A stretch of DNA of 64,000 nt from a virus, in the IMG/VR virus record IMGVR_UViG_3300032295_000534, positions 148 to 64,147 of that record. The stretch is one strand, 5' to 3'. The translations under genes were made by a program, and so were the position numbers. This document shows, piece after piece, positions 30,196-38,780 of this stretch (position 1 is its first letter; each line of letters starts with the position of its first letter). The notes beneath the pieces are model-generated. The model was not told the origin of the DNA. It saw only the letters and a program-made list of their open reading frames with translations, and searched no databases.

Positions 30196-31158
30196 TTATT
30201 TCCTCATTTCTTCAGCAACCTTACGGGCGTACAGTTCCAAAGGAACTCCCAACCGCTTGGCGATATTCACTTGTGTCTGCGTTAGTACGATCTTTTTAGG
30301 CGCTGTACTACGGGTGGCAGGTGAAACAACATTGGATTTGGTACGTTGAGGTTTCGCATCAACGGACTCCCCGGCTCCAACTTGGTCTGGGAATCTTTCT
30401 CGGATGTCAGTGTCAATACGTTTATAGTACTCTTCACTGCCAACCCTGATACCGTTCTCTACAAGCTCTTCATGCAGCCCTAGAGCGTATGAAGTCATCC
30501 GTTTATTGCTTCCAAACCACTGATTTCGGTCTTGCCATGCAAGTAGTTTTTCGTCAACGGGTGCAGCTTGTTGAGGCTGTGGTGTGATTTGTACAGGAGT
30601 TTCTCTTTCCTGTAAAGGGGCAGGTTTAAAATTATTTACTTTATCTGCGCGGATCTTGGCGGTAGTTAGTGCTTCCTGCGCTTCTAACAACTTATCCGCA
30701 TCTCCAGACTCGTAAGCTTCTTTGTACTGCCGCTTAGCATTTTCAATCTCAGAGTTAACAACTTTCTTTGCTTGTTCTAGCAAAGCTTGTTGGTTCTGAT
30801 TGACTGAGCCTTTTAAGCGTTTGTTCTCTTCAAACACCGCCTGAGCAATGCGAAGAGCCTCGTCTTTTTCACGTTCAGCAGCCTCTTTGGCTCTGCGTTC
30901 TTCGTGATAGCCTTTTGTGAAGTGTTTAAACCTGTTTTTTACACTCTCAGAGTATGTTGCAAGTTCTTCTTCGGTAGGATCTTGCGGGGCTTCGGCCATT
31001 GGAGTACGGTATCTGTCCTCCTCTGGGGTGTCATCCACCACTTCAATCTCAGGTTTTTCTTCTTCAACTGACTCAGTTTCTACAACTTTCCCACCTTTAC
31101 GGGGGTTTTGTTCTGCTTCATCAGGAAACTCAAATTCTGTTTTTTCTGTATCGGCCAT
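30196..31158 (-). CDS. Capsid scaffolding protein
   Basis: Acidic coiled coil, W..RN.WFG, C-terminal LT..Q..IAKRLGVPLE.YA. Confidence 0.75.
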   Translation of the reverse strand: MADTEKTEFEFPDEAEQNPRKGGKVVETESVEEEKPEIEVVDDTPEEDRYRTPMAEAPQDPTEEELATYSESVKNRFKHFTKGYHEERRAKEAAEREKDEALRIAQAVFEENKRLKGSVNQNQQALLEQAKKVVNSEIENAKRQYKEAYESGDADKLLEAQEALTTAKIRADKVNNFKPAPLQERETPVQITPQPQQAAPVDEKLLAWQDRNQWFGSNKRMTSYALGLHEELVENGIRVGSEEYYKRIDTDIRERFPDQVGAGESVDAKPQRTKSNVVSPATRSTAPKKIVLTQTQVNIAKRLGVPLELYARKVAEEMRK

Positions 31159-31168
31159 GATTTACTCC

Positions 31169-31579
31169 TTAACTTGGTCGTTGGATACCACGGGGGTCTT
31201 GCACAACCGCTTGCACGGAATCATCATTGATCAATCTCCACTCAGTGCCGTGAATCTTCATGCGGGTTCCGGTGTTAGGACGCACTAACACAAAGTCACC
31301 TACCTTACAGCTTGGGCCAGAGGGGAAACGAGAGGCGTCTTTAAACGCATCAGGGCCAATCTTTGCAACAAATAACACGGGGGAAAGAAGCTCCTCGTGA
31401 TACATCGCAGTCGCAGATTTCAAAATACCGGTCTCACTAAACTCTTCTTCTGCTTTGGGTAGCATACAGAGGAGGTGGTAAGTTGCCGGATCTGGTACTT
31501 GTTTGGCTTTCTCTTCAGCGTTGGTATTTAGCACACCGCTTAGATCAACCGCACTAACATCAAATTCAGTCATCGTCAT
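31169..31579 (-). CDS. groES: GroES-like co-chaperonin
   Basis: TGIL mobile loop, V.KIGP, CKVGDFVL, G.....G.E.RLIND..V.AVV; start 31579 or 31573. Confidence 0.8.
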   Translation of the reverse strand: MTMTEFDVSAVDLSGVLNTNAEEKAKQVPDPATYHLLCMLPKAEEEFSETGILKSATAMYHEELLSPVLFVAKIGPDAFKDASRFPSGPSCKVGDFVLVRPNTGTRMKIHGTEWRLINDDSVQAVVQDPRGIQRPS

Positions 31580-31763
31580 AGTCCTTAGTTTTACGCACGA
31601 GGTCAGCAAGTTCATACTGCGCGGTTTGCAGACCCCGGATCGTTCCGCACAGTTCTTTGTAGTGATCGTGGGATTTAGCACCACCACCACTGACAACATC
31701 GACTAACTGCTTGACATGTTCATCAAGCTTCTTGTTTAAACTCTCAAGCAGTTTGTCCATCAT
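31566..31763 (-). CDS. Small helical head-module protein
   Basis: 65 aa, Y.ELCG.IRGL, between portal and GroES. Confidence 0.7.
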   Translation of the reverse strand: MMDKLLESLNKKLDEHVKQLVDVVSGGGAKSHDHYKELCGTIRGLQTAQYELADLVRKTKDYDDD

Positions 31764-34249
31764 TCACCTCTCGGTTGATTTTTTGCGTTCAACATCATTT
31801 GCAAAAGCTGTTGTTTAGCTTGCAAATCTTGTGCTTGCTGGTTATGCATCAAGGACTGTTGATGCTCCTCTTGGGCACGTTTCATTTCAGCTTGGTGCTT
31901 CATTGCTTGAACAGCAATTTCTTGTTGCGCTTTTTGTGCAGCCATTGCTGGGTTCTCACCTTGCTGAGACTGAAGCTGTTGAGCTTTGAGCTGAAGTTCT
32001 GCTTGCTTGATTGCTAAATCTCCCTGAACCTTCTGCGCTTTTGTCTGCGCATCTTGTTGTTTGATTTGCAATTCAGCTTGTTGCATTTGCACAACAGGAT
32101 CTTGCATCTGTTGTTGGGCTTGTTGTTGAGCTGCTTGGTTTTTATCAATTTGAAGCAACTGGGTTGCAGCTTGAGCAACAAGTTTAGAGAGTTGAACTTC
32201 CACGTCCTCTGACATTTCAGTGTCAGGTTTTGGTAAGGTAGCACCAAGACGCTGTTCAATTTTTGTGCGGTATTGGAATGCTACGTGTTCTGCTACGTGA
32301 GCCATGATAGAAGCTTGCATTTGCTGAGCCATTGGGTTCTGACCCAGTTGGCCCATCACAATAGGATCTTGCATCATTGATGTGTGGACAGCAATGTGAG
32401 CATCGTGGTCTTGGTAGATAAACGCTTTGGTAGGTTTGCCGGTCAAGAAAGACATATTCTCAGAGACAGGATCTCTTGGCTTCATGTCGTCCTCTACAGG
32501 TACAAGCTTGTCTGCGTTTTTAATTCCCAGAACTTCAATCATCTGGCGGTGCAGGACTGGTAGGTTGTAGATCTGAGGAGCGCCTTGAGCCAACTGAATG
32601 ACTGCTTGGTACTGCATGATCCTCTGAGCCATCGTGGCGGAATTAGGATCTGACACGGGGATAACATCCACCATGTCATAGTCTGCTCGTTTAGCTTGAG
32701 GAGTTCCGAATACTGGGGTGTATTCATAATCCTCTGGCATGTAATCACGAATGATTTCTTTGAGCAGTTTAAACTCTTGCTTCATTGAATAATGAACACG
32801 AGCCTGTACCGCAGACATGGTTTTTAACTGGCGCTCTAACAACGCCAGAGTTGTACCCACGGGAGCATTGGCAGACATATCGCTGATGTTCATATCTGCG
32901 ATTGAGCCAAGCCTGCGTCCTTCATCTGTGATTTGATTCAACAGGGCCAACAGAACCTGAGATGGTTCTTTGTATGGCAACGCCATGATGTTCTCTTTGA
33001 CCGAGCCGCTAGGCACATCAACATCACGGAACTCACCGGGCTGGATTGGTGTGTCGTCGCCTTTTATGCGAAGACCACGGGTCTTAAGACCTCCGGGCAA
33101 GTTAGACAAAGTTCCTGCGTCTACCAATTGACGAATTAAAGATGTGCCTGCACGGGCGTATCCACCGATCAGGTGAATCAAACCTAGGCCATAAGCACCG
33201 AATCCGGGTACATATGTGTACTGGACAAAGTGCTGACGTTTAAGTTTATGTTTGTCGTCTTCACCCCAGTTACGGCGGATAGCAAGAATCTTAGTTGTTC
33301 CTCGCTCCAATGTGATGACATATGGAAGAGCAATTCCATCTTCATCTTCATAGCCGGGCAGGTCATAGTCTACGTGGATCTCATAGACTTGGTAACGGTC
33401 ATCGTCGTTTAAACTGTAGCCTTGGTCTTCTGCCTTTTTCTTTTCTACGTCGGTGTAGAACTGAAGAGGATCACCCAGATCGCAGTCAATATAGAACCCG
33501 TTAACTTGAAGCTTACGGATATCATTCTTTGTCTTGCGCATGATGTGGGTCACACGCTCTGATGTCATGGCGCTAGAAGCGCCGTAAGGGATGATTACAT
33601 CTTCTGCCGGGATAAAGATAGACGCTTGGCGGCCTAGGCTTGGATCGTAGTAGACCTTTTTGAAGGCTGCGCCAGCCAGACCTAGAGAATACAAAAGACG
33701 CTCATGCTCAGGACGGTACTCAGGCATACCTTCCGTGAGTCTGAAATTCATGTCATCTCTGACACGCTCCGCAGCTTCTTCTTTGAGTTTGTCAATTGCA
33801 CCAATAATTTCCGTCTTGACTGGGCCTTGAGCCGGAAAGGTTTCAATGATTGTTTCGCTTTGAAAGCGCACTGCGGCTTCGGTAAGAACAGTTGAAAATA
33901 CACCACACGCCCCCAGCCATGGCTCAGTACGCTCTTCATATTTCATTCCCAAAACATCAAGACCTTTGACATACATCTCAACCCACTCTTTGCGGGAATT
34001 GATGTCTGTGTCTACCATTCCAATTAGGTCACTTGCAATCTTCTCAAGTTCACCTTCATCCATATACTCGGCAAGGTTGTCATCAAAACCTTCCTCATCT
34101 TCTTCTGGCATGAGGTTAATTTCCATCCCGTCGATGCCAATTCTGACGCCTTCTGGGTTCTCAATTTCAATCTCAATGGCTGGGGTATCGTCAATTTCTA
34201 GACCGCTTAAACCCAATGGAGCTTGGCTCAATGATTGTTCAATGCTCAT
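31760..34249 (-). CDS. Portal protein (P22-like, Q-rich C-terminal barrel)
   Basis: 829 aa directly after TerL; AVRFQ, G..FKKVYYD, GFGAYGLG, Q-rich coiled coil. Confidence 0.85.
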   Translation of the reverse strand: MSIEQSLSQAPLGLSGLEIDDTPAIEIEIENPEGVRIGIDGMEINLMPEEDEEGFDDNLAEYMDEGELEKIASDLIGMVDTDINSRKEWVEMYVKGLDVLGMKYEERTEPWLGACGVFSTVLTEAAVRFQSETIIETFPAQGPVKTEIIGAIDKLKEEAAERVRDDMNFRLTEGMPEYRPEHERLLYSLGLAGAAFKKVYYDPSLGRQASIFIPAEDVIIPYGASSAMTSERVTHIMRKTKNDIRKLQVNGFYIDCDLGDPLQFYTDVEKKKAEDQGYSLNDDDRYQVYEIHVDYDLPGYEDEDGIALPYVITLERGTTKILAIRRNWGEDDKHKLKRQHFVQYTYVPGFGAYGLGLIHLIGGYARAGTSLIRQLVDAGTLSNLPGGLKTRGLRIKGDDTPIQPGEFRDVDVPSGSVKENIMALPYKEPSQVLLALLNQITDEGRRLGSIADMNISDMSANAPVGTTLALLERQLKTMSAVQARVHYSMKQEFKLLKEIIRDYMPEDYEYTPVFGTPQAKRADYDMVDVIPVSDPNSATMAQRIMQYQAVIQLAQGAPQIYNLPVLHRQMIEVLGIKNADKLVPVEDDMKPRDPVSENMSFLTGKPTKAFIYQDHDAHIAVHTSMMQDPIVMGQLGQNPMAQQMQASIMAHVAEHVAFQYRTKIEQRLGATLPKPDTEMSEDVEVQLSKLVAQAATQLLQIDKNQAAQQQAQQQMQDPVVQMQQAELQIKQQDAQTKAQKVQGDLAIKQAELQLKAQQLQSQQGENPAMAAQKAQQEIAVQAMKHQAEMKRAQEEHQQSLMHNQQAQDLQAKQQLLQMMLNAKNQPRGE

Positions 34250-34257
34250 AATATTCC

Positions 34258-35757
34258 TTAGTAGTACTCTACTTTTCTGCGGTGGTAAGTAGGCTCATCT
34301 TCTTCATCTGAATCGATGGAGATGAAGCCACCCAAGCGAAAACGCATCAAAGCCTGACTGCTTGAGTCAACAAGGTCGTCATGATCGCCGTTGGGGAAGG
34401 AGGCTAACTCATCCATCACTTCCTCAGCCCAACGGGTCTCAGGACACCAAACAATTCCAGAGGCAAATAAGTCTGAGATTGCGTTTACACGCGATATCTT
34501 ATCGTTTCCTTTGCCCGGCGTATACTCTGACATAGGGATTCCCATCTTTCTCATCTCATAGATGAGCGGAGCGCCAGCAGCTCTCTTCTCAACGATCAAC
34601 GTATCTGGTTCCCATTCCCTCCACATCTCCAAAGCTTTGTGTTTTAGCTCAGGAAACTCCATGCGTGCTTTAAACGCATCAAGGAGAATGATGTTTGGCT
34701 TCAAATCACCGTGTTTGTTGGGATGTTGGAAGACGCCCCACGTTGTACAGGCTGAATAGTCGGCTCTATTGTTCTTTTCAAACGCAGTATCCCAAGATTG
34801 GATGATGTATTCACACTGCGGGGGTGAATCTTTCTCCCAAATCTGCCAATTCTCACGCTTAATGATTGCGCCTTCTTCGGAAGTGGGGTTCTGTTGGTAC
34901 TGCGCTTCCCATTTAGAGACTGGAAGCTCTGATCTGAGGGCTTCTAGGGCTTGTTTAGACCAAAATCCGGGCCACAAAGGGTTCCCGTTGGGCATGATTG
35001 CGGGAAAATCAATGACTTCCCACTGATCTACGCCATCTTTAGCCGAATTTTTTAGAATTTGACCGGTTAAATCTCTCTTAGACCACCGGGTCATCACAAT
35101 AATGATGGCTCCACCCGGCTGTAGACGCTGACGAGGGCCGGAAGTGAACCATTCATAGACCCCGTCAAACACTGCGGGGTTAGCCTGCTTGGCTTCCTGC
35201 TCAGAATGTGGGTCGTCAATGATCAATAGATCAGCGCCCTTACCTGTAACAGCGCCGCCAACACCGATAGCGAAGTAATCCCCACCCATATGAGTGTTCC
35301 AGCGACCTGCGGCTTTTGAATCGCTCGATAGCTTAGTCTGAAAAACCTTTTGATACGGCTCTGATGAAACAAGATTCCTAACCTTTCGTCCAAATCCGGT
35401 AGCCAGCTCGGCAGTATGGGCAGTCTGAATGATCTTCTTATGAGGAAACTTCCCCAAGAACCACGCAGGTAAAAGAAAAGAAGCAAACTCAGACTTGGTG
35501 TGCCGAGGCGGCATGTTAATAATCAACCTCTTGAGTTGCCCATTGGCAACTCTCTCAAAGGCATCTGCCATGATCTTGTGATGAGCACCAGAGATGAACA
35601 CAGGCCACATCTGGGTCACGAAGTACAAGAACGACTCCTTGCTTCTCTCAATCCTGTCCATCTCCAGAAGCATCTGGATCTTAGCCCGGTTCTCAGGCGA
35701 AGCCTTCGGAACCATGGACATGTACTTAGAGATCTCTGCGTGCGTTAATAAACTCAT
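34258..35757 (-). CDS. terL: Terminase large subunit
   Basis: NMPPRHTKS Walker A, LLIIDDP Walker B, MTRW, QSWDTA and HDDLVDS nuclease motifs. Confidence 0.95.
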   Translation of the reverse strand: MSLLTHAEISKYMSMVPKASPENRAKIQMLLEMDRIERSKESFLYFVTQMWPVFISGAHHKIMADAFERVANGQLKRLIINMPPRHTKSEFASFLLPAWFLGKFPHKKIIQTAHTAELATGFGRKVRNLVSSEPYQKVFQTKLSSDSKAAGRWNTHMGGDYFAIGVGGAVTGKGADLLIIDDPHSEQEAKQANPAVFDGVYEWFTSGPRQRLQPGGAIIIVMTRWSKRDLTGQILKNSAKDGVDQWEVIDFPAIMPNGNPLWPGFWSKQALEALRSELPVSKWEAQYQQNPTSEEGAIIKRENWQIWEKDSPPQCEYIIQSWDTAFEKNNRADYSACTTWGVFQHPNKHGDLKPNIILLDAFKARMEFPELKHKALEMWREWEPDTLIVEKRAAGAPLIYEMRKMGIPMSEYTPGKGNDKISRVNAISDLFASGIVWCPETRWAEEVMDELASFPNGDHDDLVDSSSQALMRFRLGGFISIDSDEEDEPTYHRRKVEYY

Positions 35758-35984
35758 AAAGACATCACAGCTTTCGCAGATTGATCCACCAACCGGATGG
35801 CGTGGAACTTGTAGGGCTTGGTCACAAGATGCCCGTCAGTCTTTAACCTGTGAACAATCCTGTGGATATTTGACTTTGACTTCAAACCAATTCCTTTAGC
35901 AATAACTTCATAAGACGGCGGAACCCCGTGCAACCTAATGTATGCACGAATGAAATCTAACACTAACTGTCTCCTCTTAGTCAT
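35754..35984 (-). CDS. LexA N-terminal-type winged-helix DNA-binding protein (no peptidase domain)
   Basis: MTKRRQLVLDFIRAYI..HGVPPSY..IA...GLKS.S.IHR.V..L...G; likely start 35984. Confidence 0.8.
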   Translation of the reverse strand: MTKRRQLVLDFIRAYIRLHGVPPSYEVIAKGIGLKSKSNIHRIVHRLKTDGHLVTKPYKFHAIRLVDQSAKAVMSL

Positions 35985-36002
35985 GCTCCGCATTCTCTCC
36001 GA

Positions 36003-36166
36003 TTCATATGAGGGCACACTGCCCAGAGCGGTGACTAGCCGTCCAGTTTGGTTGTCAACCTCAATGTGCCTTCATATGAGTTGGTACTCGCTGCGTCTGT
36101 TGGTACTGCACCTCATGAACTAAATCACTTGGCTGAGTGTCATCCAACAACATCCGCTTTCCCAAC
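36003..36166 (-). ncRNA. Structured leader RNA (two long hairpins)
   Basis: GUUGG/CCAAC stem with GAA/AGUA internal loop and UUGUUGG/CCAACAG stem (36080-36166); 16-bp stem 36003-36018 with 36065-36080. Confidence 0.55.
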
Positions 36167-36172
36167 AATTGG

Positions 36173-36201
36173 AGTTTAAACGCAAATGCGAACGTTCGCA
36201 A
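36173..36201 (-). promoter_or_regulatory. Sigma70-like promoter TTGCGA-17-TAAACT overlapped by palindrome TGCGAACGTTCGCA
   Basis: 17-bp spacing; -10 overlaps GTTTAAAC; predicted +1 near 36166 matches the 5' end of the hairpin. Confidence 0.55.
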
Positions 36202-36371
36202 CATGTTTTTCAAAAATATATATACCCCCGGGGTAGGCTTTTTGGGAAATGAAGGGGGGGTGTTCTGTGGGATGTATTTGGGAGAGTGGATTAGAGCGTA
36301 ACGCGCGGGAGGGTGTCATGTCATGCCAAGTGGGGGTCGGGTACTGGTGGGGGTAGCAGTATCCCGAATGT

Positions 36372-37040
36372 TTAAACGCCCTGTGCATCATGCGCAACGA
36401 CACTGTTTAAACGTTTCGCATCCACATCCATCACGTTAGCTTTGCTTTGTTCTAACAGTTTCATGTGCCCTGCAAGTTCTCTCTTCAATTGGTCTGCGGT
36501 GATCACTGCTTTGTCTTGTACTTCTGTCGGGGTGAACAACCCTGCCGCCTTGCCCATCAGTTCCAGTGCTTTAAGTTTCGTACCTTCCTGCTTGGCTTTC
36601 TTGCTTAGTGCCAACAGACCTTTGAGAACATACCTCTTTGATGCCGCAAGGTCTTCACTCAGGTGTTCTGCTGTCTCTTCCCATGCTTCATCCAGTATGT
36701 GTTTGATCCTTGGATCTTTCATCAGCTTGTTAGCTGATGCGCTGATACTTGCATCTGATCCTGTATCGTTTGCATAGGCATTCCTGTACGCTGTTCTCAG
36801 GCTGTCTCCCTGTATAACCCTCTGTGTGAACAGTACTTGACGTGGGCTTAGAGGCTTTGGTCTCTTTACATCTGATCCTTTATGTCTTCCGTCCTTTCTT
36901 AGCTTTGGTCTATCTGCGGCATGGGCATACTGTTCCGCTTCGCTAAGGTCTTCGGGGCTTTCATCCTCCCCCCATTCCTCCAATTCCTCCAGTGCCGCAT
37001 CCAACTCCTCTTTGTACTCAGCCTTGCTTGCCTTGCTCAT
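36372..37040 (-). CDS. terS: Terminase small subunit
   Basis: LSPRQ..F, AYRNAY, ASANKLMKDPRI, KLKALELMGKAAGLF; likely start 37040 after GGAG. Confidence 0.8.
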   Translation of the reverse strand: MSKASKAEYKEELDAALEELEEWGEDESPEDLSEAEQYAHAADRPKLRKDGRHKGSDVKRPKPLSPRQVLFTQRVIQGDSLRTAYRNAYANDTGSDASISASANKLMKDPRIKHILDEAWEETAEHLSEDLAASKRYVLKGLLALSKKAKQEGTKLKALELMGKAAGLFTPTEVQDKAVITADQLKRELAGHMKLLEQSKANVMDVDAKRLNSVVAHDAQGV

Positions 37041-37113
37041 GTTTAAACGCTCCATATGTAACTACACCGCACCCGTTTTCCATGCACCAACGCAGGGAAA
37101 CACACTGTTCGCA

Positions 37114-37227
37114 TTATGCACAGTTTATCAACACCCTGTGGACAAGTCAAAAGTTATCCACAGGAAGTTATCCACAGCTTATCCACACCCCCGACTTATC
37201 CACAGCCTTATCCACAGCTTATACATT
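37114..37227 (+). promoter_or_regulatory. DnaA-box cluster (putative origin or DnaA sink)
   Basis: TTATCCACA at 37154, 37168, 37179, 37196, 37208; TTATGCACA at 37114; near matches at 37125 and 37137 (reverse). Confidence 0.85.
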
Positions 37228-37579
37228 TGTTATACAGTGCATAAATACAACACATGATTTGATTACCTTAGTACTACAGAACATACATAAAGTAATACGC
37301 TAAAACTGTGGCGCTTTCGCATTTAAACGCCCTCAGTGCGTTTTTTTGACCTCCATGCACCTACCCCCTTACCACCTCTCCGATCGCCTCACCTGAGCCG
37401 TTTTGAGCGTTTTTTAATACTTTTCAAAATGGTATTACTTTCATCTCAAATTGATTACTTTTTAGTCCAACTCACAGCACCTTGCTTGCCTAATATAAAT
37501 ACATACAAAGTCTCGGACACCCCACCATCACCCCTCCATTTAATAACCCTACAATTTAGTCAGGTTAATATTGTGGGTG

Positions 37580-37609
37580 TTTACACGACAATATCACTTG
37601 ATCTACAAT
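37580..37609 (+). promoter_or_regulatory. Sigma70-like early promoter TTTACA-18-TACAAT
   Basis: Near-consensus hexamers upstream of the plus-strand block. Confidence 0.55.
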
Positions 37610-37782
37610 CACCACATCGCAAGAGATTACCGCTTAGACCTGATGACCCGTGATGGGCAAAGAACATCAGATAGTGCAGATCTCTCCAACCTCTAGGTGA
37701 TCACACCACAGAGGGCTGTAGACAGTACAGCGTTAAGCCTTTCGGGCTTAACAGTGCGCTGTTGCACGACTATGGAGACCCC

Positions 37783-38072
37783 ATGAAAAAACTTCTCACC
37801 GCTTACCAAGCTGACCCCTCACTGGCAAACGCCAAGCGTGTTTTTCTCTATGACTACAAACATGCTTTCGCTTCCATCATGCTTAGTCTTGAAGATCAAG
37901 CCCTGCTTCAGCAGATCATTGCACGTCACAACAAAGGAGAGTGAATATGTACACAGCACAAATTGACCGACACGGCAACATCATCGTCTGCAAGGGCGAC
38001 ACAGAGCGAAACGGCTACCGCATCTTTTTCACTGGCACATATAACGAGTGCCTAGGCAAAAAGGTTGCATGA
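37783..38072 (+). CDS. Two small early proteins (37783-37944; 37947-38072)
   Basis: GGAG RBSs; MKKLLTAY... and MYTAQIDRHGNIIVCKG... Confidence 0.65.
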
Positions 38073-38141
38073 ATTTACAGCGTGATGCCCCTCCGCACGG
38101 GGGCATTGCAGTGGAAATTCCCACTTCTTTGGAGACCTACC

Positions 38142-38753
38142 ATGACCCTACCAATCAAACACCTCACCCGTGAGGACTGGCTCACTGCCGCAGTCGATGA
38201 ACTGCGTCCTTTCTTTCTTTCCAATGGCGTGTCAATCACTGACAAGATCAGGGTTTCCTGTGCCCTGCCGTCCAACGCTAAACGCACCAACTTCAAGTCG
38301 GTTGGCGAGTGTTTCCCCAACACCAACAGCGCTGACGCTCACTTTGAGATCTTCATCAGCCCTGTACTGGCTGACCCAACCAAGGTCTTTGAGACCCTTG
38401 TTGCCATGCTGTGCCATACCGCCAAGGGTGCGCTGAACCATGGCAAGCCCTACCAACGTGTCGCTGATGCCATGCACTTGTTGCCCAATGGCACTGCCTC
38501 TGCCCGTTACAAGTCGGTGACTCATGGCAACGCATTTGTTGCGGCCTACCAACAGATCATCGACTCGCTCGGGGCTTACGTCCACGCTGAATTGTCAGCT
38601 TCTGTTGGCAAAAAACAGGGCACTCGGATGCTGAAATGTGTGTGCCCATCATGCGGCTACACAGTCAGGCTCACCGCCAAGTGGGCGTTTAAACATGGCA
38701 ATTTGAATTTGCCACTTTGCCCCAATGAGGGTGATGTTCTTGCATTGATCTAA
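38142..38753 (+). CDS. SprT-like protein with C-terminal Zn ribbon and degenerate HExxH
   Basis: TREDWL, IRVSC, GECF, EIFISP, LVAMLCH, NHG, RMLKCVCPSCGY; RBS GGAG before 38142. Confidence 0.65.
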   Translation: MTLPIKHLTREDWLTAAVDELRPFFLSNGVSITDKIRVSCALPSNAKRTNFKSVGECFPNTNSADAHFEIFISPVLADPTKVFETLVAMLCHTAKGALNHGKPYQRVADAMHLLPNGTASARYKSVTHGNAFVAAYQQIIDSLGAYVHAELSASVGKKQGTRMLKCVCPSCGYTVRLTAKWAFKHGNLNLPLCPNEGDVLALI

Positions 38754-38780
38754 AAGAAACCAGTACCTAGGAGAGAAAAC

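Noticed and set aside
35754-35984. LexA-like gene as evidence of a temperate lifestyle
   Set aside because: No peptidase domain, integrase, att site or partition genes seen
37154-37216. Tandem TTATCCACA as mini-CRISPR or microsatellite
   Set aside because: 9-bp units with 2-8 bp gaps match DnaA boxes exactly
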